Origin: Longimicrobiales bacterium
Lineage (GTDB): Bacteria; Gemmatimonadota; Gemmatimonadetes; Longimicrobiales; Gaopeijiaceae
Length of the DNA: 64,000 nucleotides
Assembly (NCBI GenBank): GCA_965203485.1
Contig: OZ241892.1
Span: 2,272,001-2,336,000 of the forward strand
Direction: 5' to 3'
Shown here: positions 11,401-21,364 of the stretch, in pieces
Layout of the letters: each line of letters starts with the position of its first letter
Position numbering within the stretch: the stretch's first letter is position 1
The notes under the pieces: model-generated
The model's input: the letters and a program-made list of their open reading frames with translations, nothing else
Database searches by the model: none
Told to the model about the DNA's origin: nothing
Translations under genes and position numbers: made by a program

Positions 11401-11604
11401 GCAGAAGAGGTCCTTGAGCGCGCGGCTCACGACGTGGTGCAGGCCGGGCCGCCCGTTGGCGGTCGGGGGTCCTTCGAAGAACACGAAGTCCCCGGCGGCG
11501 CCGGCGGCTTCCTGGACCCGCCGGAAGGTGTCCTCGTCTCGCCACGCCGCCAGCACTTCCTCCTCCAGCAAAACGAGCGAGGAGGGCGCTTCGGGAAAGC
11601 GCAT
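8479..11604 (-). CDS. ileS: Isoleucine-tRNA ligase, type 2
   Basis: EGPPTANG, GWDTHGLPVE, WTTTPWT, GTGIVHLAP, SRDRYWGTP, DQTRGWFY, KMSKS. Confidence 0.97.
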   Translation of the reverse strand: MRFPEAPSSLVLLEEEVLAAWRDEDTFRRVQEAAGAAGDFVFFEGPPTANGRPGLHHVVSRALKDLFCRYQTMLGKRVTRIAGWDTHGLPVEIEAQKRLGIAGKKEIEARGIAWFNEQCRSSVFAYKSEWERFSERIGYWLDYSRPYVTLSPEYVESVWWILKRMAATGLLYRGHKVVPWCPADETVLSAHELSLGYRDVEDPSLYVRLDLEDGSGRGLLVWTTTPWTLVANAALAVNPEIEYVEAEHEGRRVVLARDRAEALLGADAVRARVPADDLLGRRYRRPFDLIPESRAKGCAWEIVPGAFVTAAEGTGIVHLAPAYGADDYEVGEKLGLAVLEPLRTDGTFDPGLPLVGGVFFKDADDLLVGDLRRRGRVFRCGRAVHSYPHCWRCDAPLVYMARHSWFARTSALRDALLENNRQVSWHPPEVGRGRFEEWLKGNVDWALSRDRYWGTPIPAWVSEEDPGRVEWIGGLDELAAKAGGLPAGFDPHRPFVDEVTWTCPESGAAMRRTPEVLDVWFDSGAMPWAQWHYPFENRERFDRHFPADFICEAVDQTRGWFYSMHAISTLLGSGPAFRNVVVNDMILDAQGRKMSKSRGNTVDPWDAVAEQGADGLRWYLVTVSNPWLPTRYDPEDAKESASRFFDTLLNTYRFFALYGKIEGWDPAGPPPLASARPALDRWLLSRLHGLVGRVRAGLDGYGPTRAYRDVAAFVDADLSNWYVRRSRPRFWGATGAEDSAAAFATLHEALRVVALLVAPVAPFASDWLHRALVGRSSHAEPFPAADPALAVPELEEQMGHARALSALARAAREEIGERVRQPLRRMRAVVPGPPPAPDVLQLLKDEINVKEVEFADSADGLTALSARPRFRSLGRRFGKRTQEAAARIRALGHAELAAFRDGEGELRLEVGGERVEFGADDFELVAEARGDWVVRSDGRCVAALDPVLTEELVREGVARDLVNRIQRVRRDEGLNVTDRIRVAIGGAAEVVAAAREHRARIARETLAVSVEAGDEVGGGFESRHECVVAGETAVLGLSAVS

Positions 11605-11606
11605 GG

Positions 11607-12563
11607 TCAGGCCCTGGAGGGGCGGGGCGGCGCACCGCCTCGCTGGGTCTCCGCCGGGACGAGGCGCGCATCCGGGGGAGCGGCGGCCGCGTCCCCCGGA
11701 GATCCGGCCGCGGGCCGGCACGCTTCGATCGCCGGGTCGCCGAGGACGCCGGAGAGGATGCGCAGCAGGGCGGGCTGGGCGGCCTGGGCCGCGGCGGCGA
11801 CACTCTCGGCCGTGGCCGCGTCCGGCACGGGAAGACACGTGTTGGCGACGACCGACAAGCCGAGGACCCTCATGCCCATGTGGCGCGCCGCGATCGTCTC
11901 GGGGACGGTGGACATTCCCACGACGTCGGCGCCCGCGGCGCGCAGCATGCGATTCTCGGCGCCGGTCTCCAGCTGGGGCCCTCTCACGGCGGCGTAGACG
12001 CCCCGCCGCAACGGCACGCCGCCGGCGGCGGCCGCCGCCGCCGCGCGCTCCCGCAACGCCTCGTCGTAGGGCGCCGACATGTCGGGGAAGCGCGGCCCGA
12101 GCTCGTCGAGGTTGGGGCCGATCAGCGGGCTCGTGCCTTGCAGGTTGACGTGGTCGTCGAGCGCAACCCAGTCTCCCGGGCGCCAACGGTCGTGCAGGCA
12201 TCCCGCGGCCGCCGTCACCACCAAGTCGCGGGCGCCCAGCAGCTTGAGGACGCGCACCGGGAAGACCACTTGAGCCGCGGAATAGCCCTCGTACAGGTGG
12301 ATGCGGCCCTGCATCGCAACCACCGGTGCCCCTCGGAGCCGCGCCAGGACCAGCCGGCCACGATGGTTGGAAGCGGTCGAACGAGGAAAGTGCGGGATCT
12401 CCTCGTACGGGATCTCGCATTCGACGTCCCATTCGGCGGCCGCGCCGCCCAGCCCCGTGCCGAGCACGACGCCCGCGCGGGGTTCGACGGAGCAACTCCG
12501 GCGCACGGCCGCCGCCGCTTCCCGGAGCCGCGCCATCTCGCCCTCGGCGAAGCCGGTCGTCAT
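11607..12563 (-). CDS. punA: Purine-nucleoside phosphorylase (trimeric type)
   Basis: VLGTGLG, MQGRIHLYEG, GPRFPDMS, GPQLETGAE, DVVGMSTVPE. Confidence 0.9.
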   Translation of the reverse strand: MTTGFAEGEMARLREAAAAVRRSCSVEPRAGVVLGTGLGGAAAEWDVECEIPYEEIPHFPRSTASNHRGRLVLARLRGAPVVAMQGRIHLYEGYSAAQVVFPVRVLKLLGARDLVVTAAAGCLHDRWRPGDWVALDDHVNLQGTSPLIGPNLDELGPRFPDMSAPYDEALRERAAAAAAAGGVPLRRGVYAAVRGPQLETGAENRMLRAAGADVVGMSTVPETIAARHMGMRVLGLSVVANTCLPVPDAATAESVAAAAQAAQPALLRILSGVLGDPAIEACRPAAGSPGDAAAAPPDARLVPAETQRGGAPPRPSRA

Positions 12564-13276
12564 GTCGGCCGGGCTCCCAGCAACGCCGTCCCCAGGCGCA
12601 CCATCGTGCTGCCCTCCTCCACGGCCACGGCGTAGTCGCTGGACATCCCCATCGAAAGTTCCAGCGACGCGACGCCGAGCGCCTTGGCCGCGAGCGCGGC
12701 CGCTTCCCGCGCGCGCCCGAAGGTCGCCCGCAGCACGGCCTCGTCGCTGGTGAACGGCGCCATCGTCATCATCCCCGTCATGCGCAGGCCGGGCAGTTCG
12801 GCAACGGCGGCGGCCTCGTCCGGCGCGGCGTCGGGCGCGAAGCCCCCCTTCGTCGCTTCGCCCGACGCGTTGACCTGCACCAGCACCGAGGTCTCGCGCC
12901 CAGCGGCCTCCGCGGCGCGCGACAGCTTGCGCGCGAGCTTGAGCGAATCCACGCTGTGGACGAGTCCGCCCAGTTGCACGGCGCGGGCCGCCTTGCGGCT
13001 CTGCACGTGCCCGATCACGTGCCAGCGCGCGCCGCGCGCGTGGAACAGGGGCGCCTTGGCCTCGAGCTCTTCCACGCGGTTCTCTCCCAAGTCGCGCACG
13101 CCCGCGTCCAGCACGGCCTCGGCGGCGGCGGGCGGGTGACCCTTGGTGACGGCCACCACGCGAACTGCGCTCGCCGGTCTTCCGCCGCGCCCCGCCGCAT
13201 CGGCGATCCGCTCGGCTACGAGCGGAAGGCGGTTGCCGAGGAAGCGCGAGTAGGCCGCGACGTCCAACGCGCTCAA
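12560..13276 (-). CDS. yggS: PLP homeostasis protein YggS
   Basis: VAVTK, LGENRVEE, WHVIGHVQSRK, LSMGMSSDY, GSTMVRLG. Confidence 0.93.
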   Translation of the reverse strand: MSALDVAAYSRFLGNRLPLVAERIADAAGRGGRPASAVRVVAVTKGHPPAAAEAVLDAGVRDLGENRVEELEAKAPLFHARGARWHVIGHVQSRKAARAVQLGGLVHSVDSLKLARKLSRAAEAAGRETSVLVQVNASGEATKGGFAPDAAPDEAAAVAELPGLRMTGMMTMAPFTSDEAVLRATFGRAREAAALAAKALGVASLELSMGMSSDYAVAVEEGSTMVRLGTALLGARPT

Positions 13277-13280
13277 GGCA

Positions 13281-13320
13281 AGAGCGCCCCGCCGGCTCCC
13301 GGTTGCCGGCGGGGCGCTCT
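13281..13320 (-). terminator. Perfect 16-bp stem hairpin downstream of tonB
   Basis: AGAGCGCCCCGCCGGC-N8-GCCGGCGGGGCGCTCT; U-tail is weak. Confidence 0.5.
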
Positions 13321-13340
13321 CCCTCTCGGCGAAGCTGCGG

Positions 13341-14057
13341 CTAATTCGCTCGGAACGTCACCGAAAGGTAGACCCACACGGGCACCGGCTTGTCGCGGTT
13401 CATGGCCGGCGAAAACTTGAAGAGATGGGCCACCGAGAGCGCGGCGTCGTCGAGCGACTTGTGGCCGGACGTCTCTCGCAAGTACGAGTTGGCCACGTTG
13501 CCCTTTTCGTCGACGTAGAAGTTGATCGTCGGACTGCCGCCGATGCCGGCATCCTTGAGGATCGCCGGATAGGCGCGCTGCAACAGTCGGTCGACCTCGG
13601 CGCTGTTCCGCAAGGAAGGCCGGACCTCGGTCGGCGTGTAGACGTACTGCTGCGAGATGTCGGTCTCCACCTCTTCGGGCGGCGGAGGCAGGTTCTCGAC
13701 CGGGTTCGCCTCCATCGTCGTGAGGTCGATCGTCACGTCGTCGTCGACCAAGTTCGAATCGACGATCAGCGGCGTCGCCGGGCGGGCGACTTGGGCGGGC
13801 GGCGGCGGAATGTCGATTTCCGGCTGGATGTTCTCGATCTGGATCTCGTCGACGTTGATCGAGACGTCTTCCGCCTGCAGTTCCGGCCAGAACGCGAACA
13901 CGCAGAAGTGCACCAGCGTGGCGGCGGTCATCGAACCCCAGAACCAAGCCGGAAACCCTTGCTTGAAGCGATCGTTGGCAGTGAACGGCCCGCCGTCGGC
14001 GGCAAGCGCGTCCTCGGCCTCACGGGCCGCCCAGTCGTCCATGTTCTGTTCGTTCAT
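13341..14057 (-). CDS. tonB: Energy transducer TonB
   Basis: N-terminal TM with His, Pro-rich linker, YP..(L)K..GIGG, SG..SLDDAAL TonB_C motifs. Confidence 0.9.
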   Translation of the reverse strand: MNEQNMDDWAAREAEDALAADGGPFTANDRFKQGFPAWFWGSMTAATLVHFCVFAFWPELQAEDVSINVDEIQIENIQPEIDIPPPPAQVARPATPLIVDSNLVDDDVTIDLTTMEANPVENLPPPPEEVETDISQQYVYTPTEVRPSLRNSAEVDRLLQRAYPAILKDAGIGGSPTINFYVDEKGNVANSYLRETSGHKSLDDAALSVAHLFKFSPAMNRDKPVPVWVYLSVTFRAN

Positions 14058-14503
14058 CAGCGTCTCTCCCTTGTGAGGCTGCGTTCCACCTCGGTCGCGA
14101 ACACGACGCGAAGCACTCCTGCCGACACCAGCTCCTGCTGAACGGCGTCGACGAACCGGTACGGAACCGTGCGGTCCGACCGGATCGATATGACCAGATT
14201 GCGGTTGTCCCGGTAGAGGGGAGCGACGATCGTGCTGACCTCGTCCATCGACCGCCGCGCGTCGCTGATGTACACGTCCCCGTTCTGCTCTACCCAAATG
14301 TTGAGGATGTTCTTCTGCTTCTCGTCGATCTTCTCGGTGGCCTCGGCCTGCGCCCACTCGATGTTGCGGTTCGTGTCCGTCTGGAAGACGGTGGAAACCA
14401 TGAAGAAGATCAGGAGGAGGAACGCGATGTCCGCCATCGACGACGACGGGATCTCGTGCGAGGCCTTGGACTTGCGTTCCAGTCCGCCGGATTTCAGCGC
14501 CAT
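14057..14503 (-). CDS. exbD: Biopolymer transporter ExbD
   Basis: SSMADIAFLLLIFFMV; IRSDRTVPY. Confidence 0.9.
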   Translation of the reverse strand: MALKSGGLERKSKASHEIPSSSMADIAFLLLIFFMVSTVFQTDTNRNIEWAQAEATEKIDEKQKNILNIWVEQNGDVYISDARRSMDEVSTIVAPLYRDNRNLVISIRSDRTVPYRFVDAVQQELVSAGVLRVVFATEVERSLTRERR

Positions 14504-14509
14504 GTCGCC

Positions 14510-14935
14510 CTAGCCTTCCAGCATCTCGATGGAAATGCGCTCGGAGCCGGCCGACTGCAACGCGTCGAGCACGTCGATCATGAACCGGTAGGGCGCTTCC
14601 GGGTGCGTCTTCAGAGCAGCGATCAGAAGCGGATTCTGGGTCACGTCCTGCCTCCAGATGCGCTCCACGTCGCCGGGGCGCACGGTCTGCTCCTGCTGGC
14701 TCTCGCCTCGCTTGATCGTCACGCGCCCGTCCGCATTGACGATGATGTGGAGGATGTTCTTCTGGCTGACCTCCACCGTTTCCTCGCGCTCGGGCAGGAC
14801 GATGGCGAGACCCTTGTCCTTGGGGAACGTGGTCGTGACCAGAAAGAAGATGAGAAGCAGGAACGCGATGTCCGCCATGGAGGACGACGGGATCTCGTCC
14901 GAGACCTTCGACTTCTTGTTGCCCATCAACGCCAT
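14510..14935 (-). CDS. exbD: Biopolymer transporter ExbD
   Basis: SSMADIAFLLLIFFLV; APYRFMIDVLD. Confidence 0.9.
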   Translation of the reverse strand: MALMGNKKSKVSDEIPSSSMADIAFLLLIFFLVTTTFPKDKGLAIVLPEREETVEVSQKNILHIIVNADGRVTIKRGESQQEQTVRPGDVERIWRQDVTQNPLLIAALKTHPEAPYRFMIDVLDALQSAGSERISIEMLEG

Positions 14936-14966
14936 GCGCCGCCTCCGGCCGGTGTCGGGGTGGTGG

Positions 14967-15644
14967 TCAAGTGCTTGCCTGCGCGTCCCGGACGACCTGC
15001 AGCCTGCCGTCGCGCTCCAGGTCCCAGGCGATGTTGAGAATCTTCTGCGTGCTCTCGTCCATGTCCAGGATCAGCTTGTCGATGCGGGACACGAAGAAGT
15101 TGTAGCCGATGTTGACCGGAATGGCGATCGCCAGCCCCGCCGCCGTAGTCAGCAGGGCCACCTTGATGCCCCCCGCGACCAAGCTGGGCTCCACCGTGCC
15201 GGCCTCGGCGATCGCGTCGAAGGCGAAGATCATGCCCGCCACCGTTCCCAGGAAGCCCATGAGCGGCGCCACGTTGGCGATCGTAGCCAGGATCACCAAG
15301 CCGCGTTCCAGGAAGCTCAGCTCGATGGCGCCGGTCGTCGCCACCACCTGCTCGAGCTCGCCCTTGCCGAGCTTGAGGTTGCGGATCCGCCGGAGCCCGG
15401 CCAGCAGGATCGCCGCCGCCGGCCCCGGAGTGGCGGAGGCAATGTCGGACGCCCGCTCCAGGTCGCCGGCCCCGGCGGCCTCCTCCACGTTCTTGATCAC
15501 GGCCGTCGCTCCCCGGTGGGCCACCCAAAGCGTCCACGCCTTCGCGATGATGACGCCCACCGCGATGAGGGAACACAGGACCAGCGGGTACATCATCCCG
15601 CCGCCGTCGGCGAACAAGCTGGTCAGCCGGTATTGGGTGTCCAA
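14967..15644 (-). CDS. exbB: MotA/TolQ/ExbB proton channel
   Basis: APLMGFLGTVAGMI, GIKVALLTTAAGL. Confidence 0.92.
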   Translation of the reverse strand: MDTQYRLTSLFADGGGMMYPLVLCSLIAVGVIIAKAWTLWVAHRGATAVIKNVEEAAGAGDLERASDIASATPGPAAAILLAGLRRIRNLKLGKGELEQVVATTGAIELSFLERGLVILATIANVAPLMGFLGTVAGMIFAFDAIAEAGTVEPSLVAGGIKVALLTTAAGLAIAIPVNIGYNFFVSRIDKLILDMDESTQKILNIAWDLERDGRLQVVRDAQAST

Positions 15645-16156
15645 CGCTCAAAGCTCCCTGGGGATCGAGGAAAGGGCGGCTCCGCGGGCGACGCTCGCCG
15701 CGCGCGAGGCGTCCACGAAATCTATGGGCGCGCGCCCCGCGCCGCACGAAGGCGAGACGCCGCGCGGGAGCGACCGATGCCCGCGACCGCCGTCCGCTGC
15801 GGCTCTGAATCCGCGGGCACGCGAGGGTTCCTTGCCAATGTAAGCACGGAACGGCGTCGGCGCCAACAAGCGGCCACGGCGAGGCGGCGCCCGCGTGCGC
15901 GAAGGGACGCCAACGTGGACGGCGAACGTCGGTGTTGCGAGCGCGGCCCCCGCGTGCGCGAGGGGACACGCCCAACACCACGGGCGGCGTCAACCCCTCT
16001 TGCGCAACGCGCCCAGCCGCTCGGCGGGGACGTCCGCGGCCCCTGGAGCCTCCGCGGGGCGGCTCCCTGGTTATCGTTGGAAGCGAGACGCGGAACCGGA
16101 CGGGCGCGGCCGCTCGGGACAAGTCGCGGAGCGAGGAGACCGGCGAGGGAGGGCGC

Positions 16157-16966
16157 GTGGGCGGTTTCGGGCAGCAGTTGCGGTTCCTGGCACCGGGGTG
16201 GACCGATCTGTTCGAGATCGGGATCGTGTTCTTCCTCTTCTACCGCATCCTTCTGTTCATGCGCGACACTCGCGCCATGCGGATGCTCGTGGGGATGGTC
16301 TTCATCGCCGGGCTCTACTTGCTGGCGGTCATCCTCGACTTCGCGGTGATCCGGGCGTTGCTTGCGGCGCTGCTGCAGTACGGCGTCATCGCCGCGCTCG
16401 TGGTGTTCCAGCCCGAGATGCGGGCGGCTCTCACGCGCCTGGGCGAGACGAGGCTGGCGCGCCTCCTGGCGTCCGGCCCCAAGGGCAGCGTGGTCGACCA
16501 GCTGGTGGCAGGGACGGAGCGCTTGGCGCGCTCCGGTTGCGGGGCGATCCTCGCGGTGCAGCGCGAGACCGGATTGCGGGACTACGCGCAGACGGGCGCT
16601 CCGGTGGACGGGAAGCTGTCCACGGAGCTGCTGGAGACGATCTTCGCCGCGCGGTCCCCGTTGCACGACGGGGCCGTGATCGTGGTGGGCGACCGCATCG
16701 CCGCGGCGGGCGTGATCCTGCCGCTCACGCAGAACCCGGTGGGCGACCGCACGCTGGGAACGCGGCACAGGGCGGCGATCGGCCTCAGCGAGGAGACGGA
16801 CGCGGTTGTGATCGTCGTGAGCGAGGAGACGGCGCGCGTCTCGGTGGCCCAGCACGGACGAATCGAGACGGGCGTGGACGCGAGGAGCCTGCGCGAGGCG
16901 TTGGAGCGCGCTCTGTCGGCAAGCGCCCACGGATTGGCGGGGCCGGCGACGGTCGGGCGCGCATGA
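16157..16966 (+). CDS. cdaA: Diadenylate cyclase CdaA/DacA
   Basis: 3 N-terminal TMs, VFQPEMR, PLHDGAV and GTRHRAA catalytic motifs, VSEET; GGGAGG upstream of GTG. Confidence 0.92.
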   Translation: MGGFGQQLRFLAPGWTDLFEIGIVFFLFYRILLFMRDTRAMRMLVGMVFIAGLYLLAVILDFAVIRALLAALLQYGVIAALVVFQPEMRAALTRLGETRLARLLASGPKGSVVDQLVAGTERLARSGCGAILAVQRETGLRDYAQTGAPVDGKLSTELLETIFAARSPLHDGAVIVVGDRIAAAGVILPLTQNPVGDRTLGTRHRAAIGLSEETDAVVIVVSEETARVSVAQHGRIETGVDARSLREALERALSASAHGLAGPATVGRA

Positions 16967-17032
16967 GGGACGGCTTCGACCGGCCGCGCGGCCGGCTACT
17001 GGGGCGTCCCTCGGCCGGCGGGGGCGCGCCGG

Positions 17033-18676
17033 CTAGGAGTCTGTAGGCCGTAGGGAAGGGGCCGGGGCGTAGCAGACGGGGCGGCGGGCAGGCGTTAGGC
17101 GGACGGGTCGGGCGATGGGCGGCATGGGGCGTCGGCGGGCGTGCAACGGACGACGCGAGGCCGATTTTGGGCGGGAAAGGGCGCGCGGGGCGTGCGGAGC
17201 GTCGCGTTTGGGCGCACGACGCCTGGGGGGCGTACGGTTCGCGAAGAGCTTGAGCAGGTTGTGGCAGGCGCAGACCAGCGCCCACTCGGCCTCGACCGCC
17301 TCGAGTCTTCGGAACGAGAAGCGCCGAAAGCCGCGCGCCTGCTTGATCTGGCCATTGACCGGCTCGACGACGGCCTTGCGGCGCGCGTACAACGCTCGTC
17401 CGTCCTCGCTGGCGACCCGGGCCCGCATCCGCTCCCGTGGCGACGCGTCCTGCCGCGCGGCGGCGTCCGTTTTCGGAGATGTCCCTTGGGGCTTGCGCGC
17501 CGTCGCGACCCAGGCCTCCGTCCCCAGGGCGCGCGCTTGCGCCTCGACGCCCGGACGCCAGTATCCGGCGTCGGCCGTCGCGTTCGCCGGCGCCTCGCCC
17601 AGGTTCGCCCTGGCCCGCTCGAGCACCGGCTCCAGATTGCGGCAGTCGGCCGGCTGGTTCGTCACGCCGTGCGCCACGACGACCTGCGCGGCGTCGTCGA
17701 CCGCCAGTTGCGCGTTGTACGCCTGCACGAATCCGTGCGCCCCCATCATGATGTGGCTCTCCGGGTCCGTGAAGTTGCATTGCGCCCCGCCGACCGGTCG
17801 CCCGCCCGGCGTCGCCGGCGTCTCCTTGCGCGGCAACTGTCCCGGCTCGCTCGCGGACGCGCCGCCTTGCGGGTCCAGCGCGTCCGCACGCGCCCGCCGC
17901 CGCGCCGCCTTCGTGCGCAATCCCTTCGCCACGACCGAACTCCCACAGCGCGCCGCCGTCCGCTCCATGCCCTGCGCTTGTGCCCGCAACTTGCGCGCCC
18001 GCGCCCGCCGCGCCTCGTCCTCCAATCGCGCCTTCGCTTCCCGGATCCGCGCCAGCCGGCCCTCGCGCCGGCTCAGCGCCTCCGGCAATCCCTCCGCGCT
18101 TCCCTCCCCCTGCGACTCGGCCCGGTCCGCCGCTTCCGCCTCCGCCAGCATCCGCGCCACCTCCTCGGCCAACCGCTTCTCTTCGGCCACCATGCGCGCA
18201 TAGCTCATCGCCTTGTGCTTGCTCGCGTTCGCCTCGACCTTCGTCCCGTCCACCGCCACGTGCTTCAGCTTCACCAGCCCCGCCGCCCCGCACAGCTTCA
18301 GCACCTCCACGAACAAGCGCTCGAAGCGCTTGCGGTGCACACGGCGAAACTCGTTGATCGTCGTGAAGTGCGGCTCCGCGTTGCCCGTCAGCACACGAAA
18401 CGCCACATGCTCCCGGCACGCCCGAGCCATGCGCCGCGACGAGTACACGCCCGAGCTGTACGCGTACACCAGCAACGCCACCATCATCCTCGGATCGTAC
18501 GGCCGCTGGCCCCGCGCGTCCTTCGCCTGAACCGCCGCCTCGATCCCCGAAATGTCCAGCTCCGACACCACGTCCAATACGAACCACACCAAGTGGTCCT
18601 CCGGCAACCAGTCCCGCATCGACGGCGGCATCAGGTACAGCTGGTCCAGCCTCCACGCCTGGTACTGCTTCTTCAC
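17033..18676 (-). CDS. IS1182 family DDE transposase
   Basis: QLYLMPPSMRDWLPEDHL, PYDPRMM, AVDGTKVEANASKHK, NFTDPES, YNAQLAVD, ADAGY, RKAVVEPVNGQIK. Confidence 0.92.
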   Translation of the reverse strand: MKKQYQAWRLDQLYLMPPSMRDWLPEDHLVWFVLDVVSELDISGIEAAVQAKDARGQRPYDPRMMVALLVYAYSSGVYSSRRMARACREHVAFRVLTGNAEPHFTTINEFRRVHRKRFERLFVEVLKLCGAAGLVKLKHVAVDGTKVEANASKHKAMSYARMVAEEKRLAEEVARMLAEAEAADRAESQGEGSAEGLPEALSRREGRLARIREAKARLEDEARRARARKLRAQAQGMERTAARCGSSVVAKGLRTKAARRRARADALDPQGGASASEPGQLPRKETPATPGGRPVGGAQCNFTDPESHIMMGAHGFVQAYNAQLAVDDAAQVVVAHGVTNQPADCRNLEPVLERARANLGEAPANATADAGYWRPGVEAQARALGTEAWVATARKPQGTSPKTDAAARQDASPRERMRARVASEDGRALYARRKAVVEPVNGQIKQARGFRRFSFRRLEAVEAEWALVCACHNLLKLFANRTPPRRRAPKRDAPHAPRALSRPKSASRRPLHARRRPMPPIARPVRLTPARRPVCYAPAPSLRPTDS

Positions 18677-18780
18677 TCGACCCCCCCGTTGAAGAATCGC
18701 TCGCCTCCCCCGCACACCCCCAATATTGCCCCCCCGCCACATCCCGCCACAAGAAGAAACGAGCTATGCGCTACAGGCTC
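17037..18780 (-). mobile_element. IS1182 family insertion sequence with imperfect 17-bp terminal IRs and CTAG target duplication
   Basis: Left end GAGTCTGTAGGCCGTAG vs right end (rc) GAGCCTGTAGCGCATAG, 13/17 identical; CTAG at 17033-17036 and 18781-18784. Confidence 0.88.
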
Positions 18781-20775
18781 CTAGCCGGGCGACGGCAACG
18801 GTTCGACGCCGCCCAATCCGGCCTTGGGCTTCGGCGCCGGCTTCTCGGCGCCGGGCAAGGGCAACTGGGGCTGCTCGGGCTCCCACGCGCCCGCCAGCGG
18901 GGGCAGCGGCGTTCCGGCCACGAGGAGGGCGAGTTCGTCGGCGTCGAGGGTCTCGCGGTCGAGGAGCGCCTTGGCGATCGCGCGGAGAAGCGCCTTGTTG
19001 TTCTCCAGGACTTCGCGAGCGCGGTCGTGGGCCTCGCCGATGATGCGCTTCACCTCTTCGTCCACCTGCTGGGCGGTGTGGTCGGAGACTTCGCGGCGTT
19101 GAACCAGCTCGCGCCCGATGAACACCTCCTGCTCAGCGTCGCCCACGGCCATGAGGCCGATCTGGTCGGACATCCCGAAGCGCGTCACCATGCGGCGGGC
19201 CATCGCGGTGGCGCGCTCGATGTCGTTGCTGGCGCCCGTGGTGATCTTGCCCGGGCCGAACGTCATCTCCTCCGCCACGCGGCCGCCGAAGAGCATCGCC
19301 AACTGCCCGTTCATCCAATCGCGCGTGTAGGCGCGCCGGTCCTCTTCGGGCAACGACGCGGTGAGGCCCAGCGCGCTGCCGCGCGGCACGATCGTCACCT
19401 TGTGGACGGGGTCGAGCCCGGGAACCTTGACGGCGATGACGGCGTGTCCCGCCTCGTGGTAGGCGGTCAGCTCGCGCTCCGATTCGGTGAGCGCCATGCT
19501 GCGGCGCTCCGTGCCCAGCATCACCTTGTCCTTGGCCTGCTCGAAGTCCTCCATCGCGACCTGGTCCACGCCGCGGCGCGCGGCGAACAGCGCGGCCTCG
19601 TTGCAGATGTTGGACAGGTCGGCGCCGCTCAGCCCCGGCGTCCCGCGGGCGACGATCGACAGCTCGACGTCCTCCTTCAAGGGCAACTGCTTCGCATGGA
19701 CGCGCAGAATGCCCTCGCGACCCTTCACGTCCGGCAGGTCCACCACGACTTGGCGGTCGAACCTGCCCGGCCGCAGGAGAGCCGGGTCGAGCACGTCGGG
19801 ACGGTTGGTGGCCGCCAGGAGGATGACGCCCTCGTTGGAGTCGAAGCCGTCCATCTCGACGAGCAGCGCGTTGAGCGTCTGCTCGCGTTCGTCGTGGCCA
19901 CCGCCCAGGCCGGCTCCGCGGTGGCGTCCAACGGCGTCGATCTCGTCGACGAAGATGATGCACGGAGCGTGCGCCTTTCCCTGCTCGAAGAGGTCGCGCA
20001 CACGGGACGCGCCCACGCCGACGAACATCTCGACGAAGTCGGAACCCGACATCTGGAAGAACGGGCGCCCCGCCTCGCCGGCCACGGCGCGCGCCAGCAG
20101 CGTCTTGCCCGTGCCCGGAGGGCCGATCAGCAGGACGCCCTTCGGCAAGCGCCCGCCCAAGCGCGAGAAGCGCGGCGGGTCCTTGAGGAACTCGACGATC
20201 TCCTCGAGTTCCTCCTTGGCCTCGTCGGCGCCCGCCACGTCGGAGAACTGCACCTGCGACGTGTCGGGGCTGATGAGCTTGGCCCGGGAGCGGCCGAACT
20301 GGAATGCCTTGTTTCCGCCCGCCTGCATGGTGCGAAGAATCCAGATCCAGAAAACGATCAGGACGATCCACGGAAGGAAGATGAAGATGCGCTGTCCCCA
20401 TGCGGCGCTCGCGGGCCTAGCCGCCGTTTCGACGCCGTGTTCGCGAAAGGCTTCGACCAGGTCGACCGATATGCCCGGCGGCAACTTCGCCGAAAACCGG
20501 TTGATGTCCTCGTTCTCGGAATGGGAGACGGTGTTGCGGAACTCGCCCTCGACGCGCTCTTCGCCGTGGAAGACGACGTCGAGGACGTTGTCGGCCTCGA
20601 TCTGGCGATACAGCTCCGAGAGGCTGATCTCGCCCGCGGCCCGCTCGGCGCCCCGGAACAGAGTGGCCGCCAGCAACGCCATGACGCCGGTGAGTATCCA
20701 GAACGAGGCGCGCCGCGGCATCTTCGCCAGCGGCTGCTCGCGCTCCTTCTTCTCCGGCGTCTTGCGTTCGGTCAT
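18781..20775 (-). CDS. ftsH: ATP-dependent zinc metalloprotease FtsH
   Basis: [38 protein letters not shown]. Confidence 0.97.
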   Translation of the reverse strand: MTERKTPEKKEREQPLAKMPRRASFWILTGVMALLAATLFRGAERAAGEISLSELYRQIEADNVLDVVFHGEERVEGEFRNTVSHSENEDINRFSAKLPPGISVDLVEAFREHGVETAARPASAAWGQRIFIFLPWIVLIVFWIWILRTMQAGGNKAFQFGRSRAKLISPDTSQVQFSDVAGADEAKEELEEIVEFLKDPPRFSRLGGRLPKGVLLIGPPGTGKTLLARAVAGEAGRPFFQMSGSDFVEMFVGVGASRVRDLFEQGKAHAPCIIFVDEIDAVGRHRGAGLGGGHDEREQTLNALLVEMDGFDSNEGVILLAATNRPDVLDPALLRPGRFDRQVVVDLPDVKGREGILRVHAKQLPLKEDVELSIVARGTPGLSGADLSNICNEAALFAARRGVDQVAMEDFEQAKDKVMLGTERRSMALTESERELTAYHEAGHAVIAVKVPGLDPVHKVTIVPRGSALGLTASLPEEDRRAYTRDWMNGQLAMLFGGRVAEEMTFGPGKITTGASNDIERATAMARRMVTRFGMSDQIGLMAVGDAEQEVFIGRELVQRREVSDHTAQQVDEEVKRIIGEAHDRAREVLENNKALLRAIAKALLDRETLDADELALLVAGTPLPPLAGAWEPEQPQLPLPGAEKPAPKPKAGLGGVEPLPSPG

Positions 20776-20791
20776 TGTCGTCCGGCTGGGG

Positions 20792-21364
20792 TCAAATCGA
20801 TCCGATGCAGGAAAGATGCCGGAATTCCTCCGCATAATCCAATCCATAGCCCACCAAGTATTCGTCGGGGGCGTCGAATCCGACCCAGCGCGGCTCCTCG
20901 GCCAAGCCGGGCCTGCGCTTGTGCAGCAGCGCGCAGATGTCCAGGCTCGCGGGGCGCCGCGCCCGCAACAGGGGCGCCAAGCGCTTGATGGTGAGGCCGC
21001 TGTCCACGATGTCCTCCACCAGAACCACGCTGCGGCCCGCCAGGGACTTCTCGGGCATGTAGAGGAGCTGGAGCGTCCCGCTGCTCGCGCGCTGGTCGCC
21101 GTAGCTGCCCGCCGCGACGAAGTCGAACTGGATGGGCCGGGGAATCCGGCGCACCAAGTCCGCGACGAAGATGAACGAGCCCTTCATCAACGCGAGCACT
21201 AGGACGTCGGCCTCGGGAGGGTAGGCCGCGGCAATCTCGCCGCCGAGCTCGGCGACCCGGCGTTCGATTGCCTCGGCCGAGTAGATGACGCGCAGAAGGG
21301 GACGTCCGGCCAGTTGGCGGCGGGCGACTGCGTCCGCTTGGGGGGGCGGGCTGAGCGGCGTCAT
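20792..21364 (-). CDS. hpt: Hypoxanthine phosphoribosyltransferase
   Basis: [25 protein letters not shown]; tilS-hpt-ftsH synteny. Confidence 0.93.
   Translation of the reverse strand: MTPLSPPPQADAVARRQLAGRPLLRVIYSAEAIERRVAELGGEIAAAYPPEADVLVLALMKGSFIFVADLVRRIPRPIQFDFVAAGSYGDQRASSGTLQLLYMPEKSLAGRSVVLVEDIVDSGLTIKRLAPLLRARRPASLDICALLHKRRPGLAEEPRWVGFDAPDEYLVGYGLDYAEEFRHLSCIGSI

Noticed and set aside
8479..13276. Absence of lspA and divIVA around ileS/yggS
   Set aside because: They may lie elsewhere in the genome; this cannot be judged from one window.
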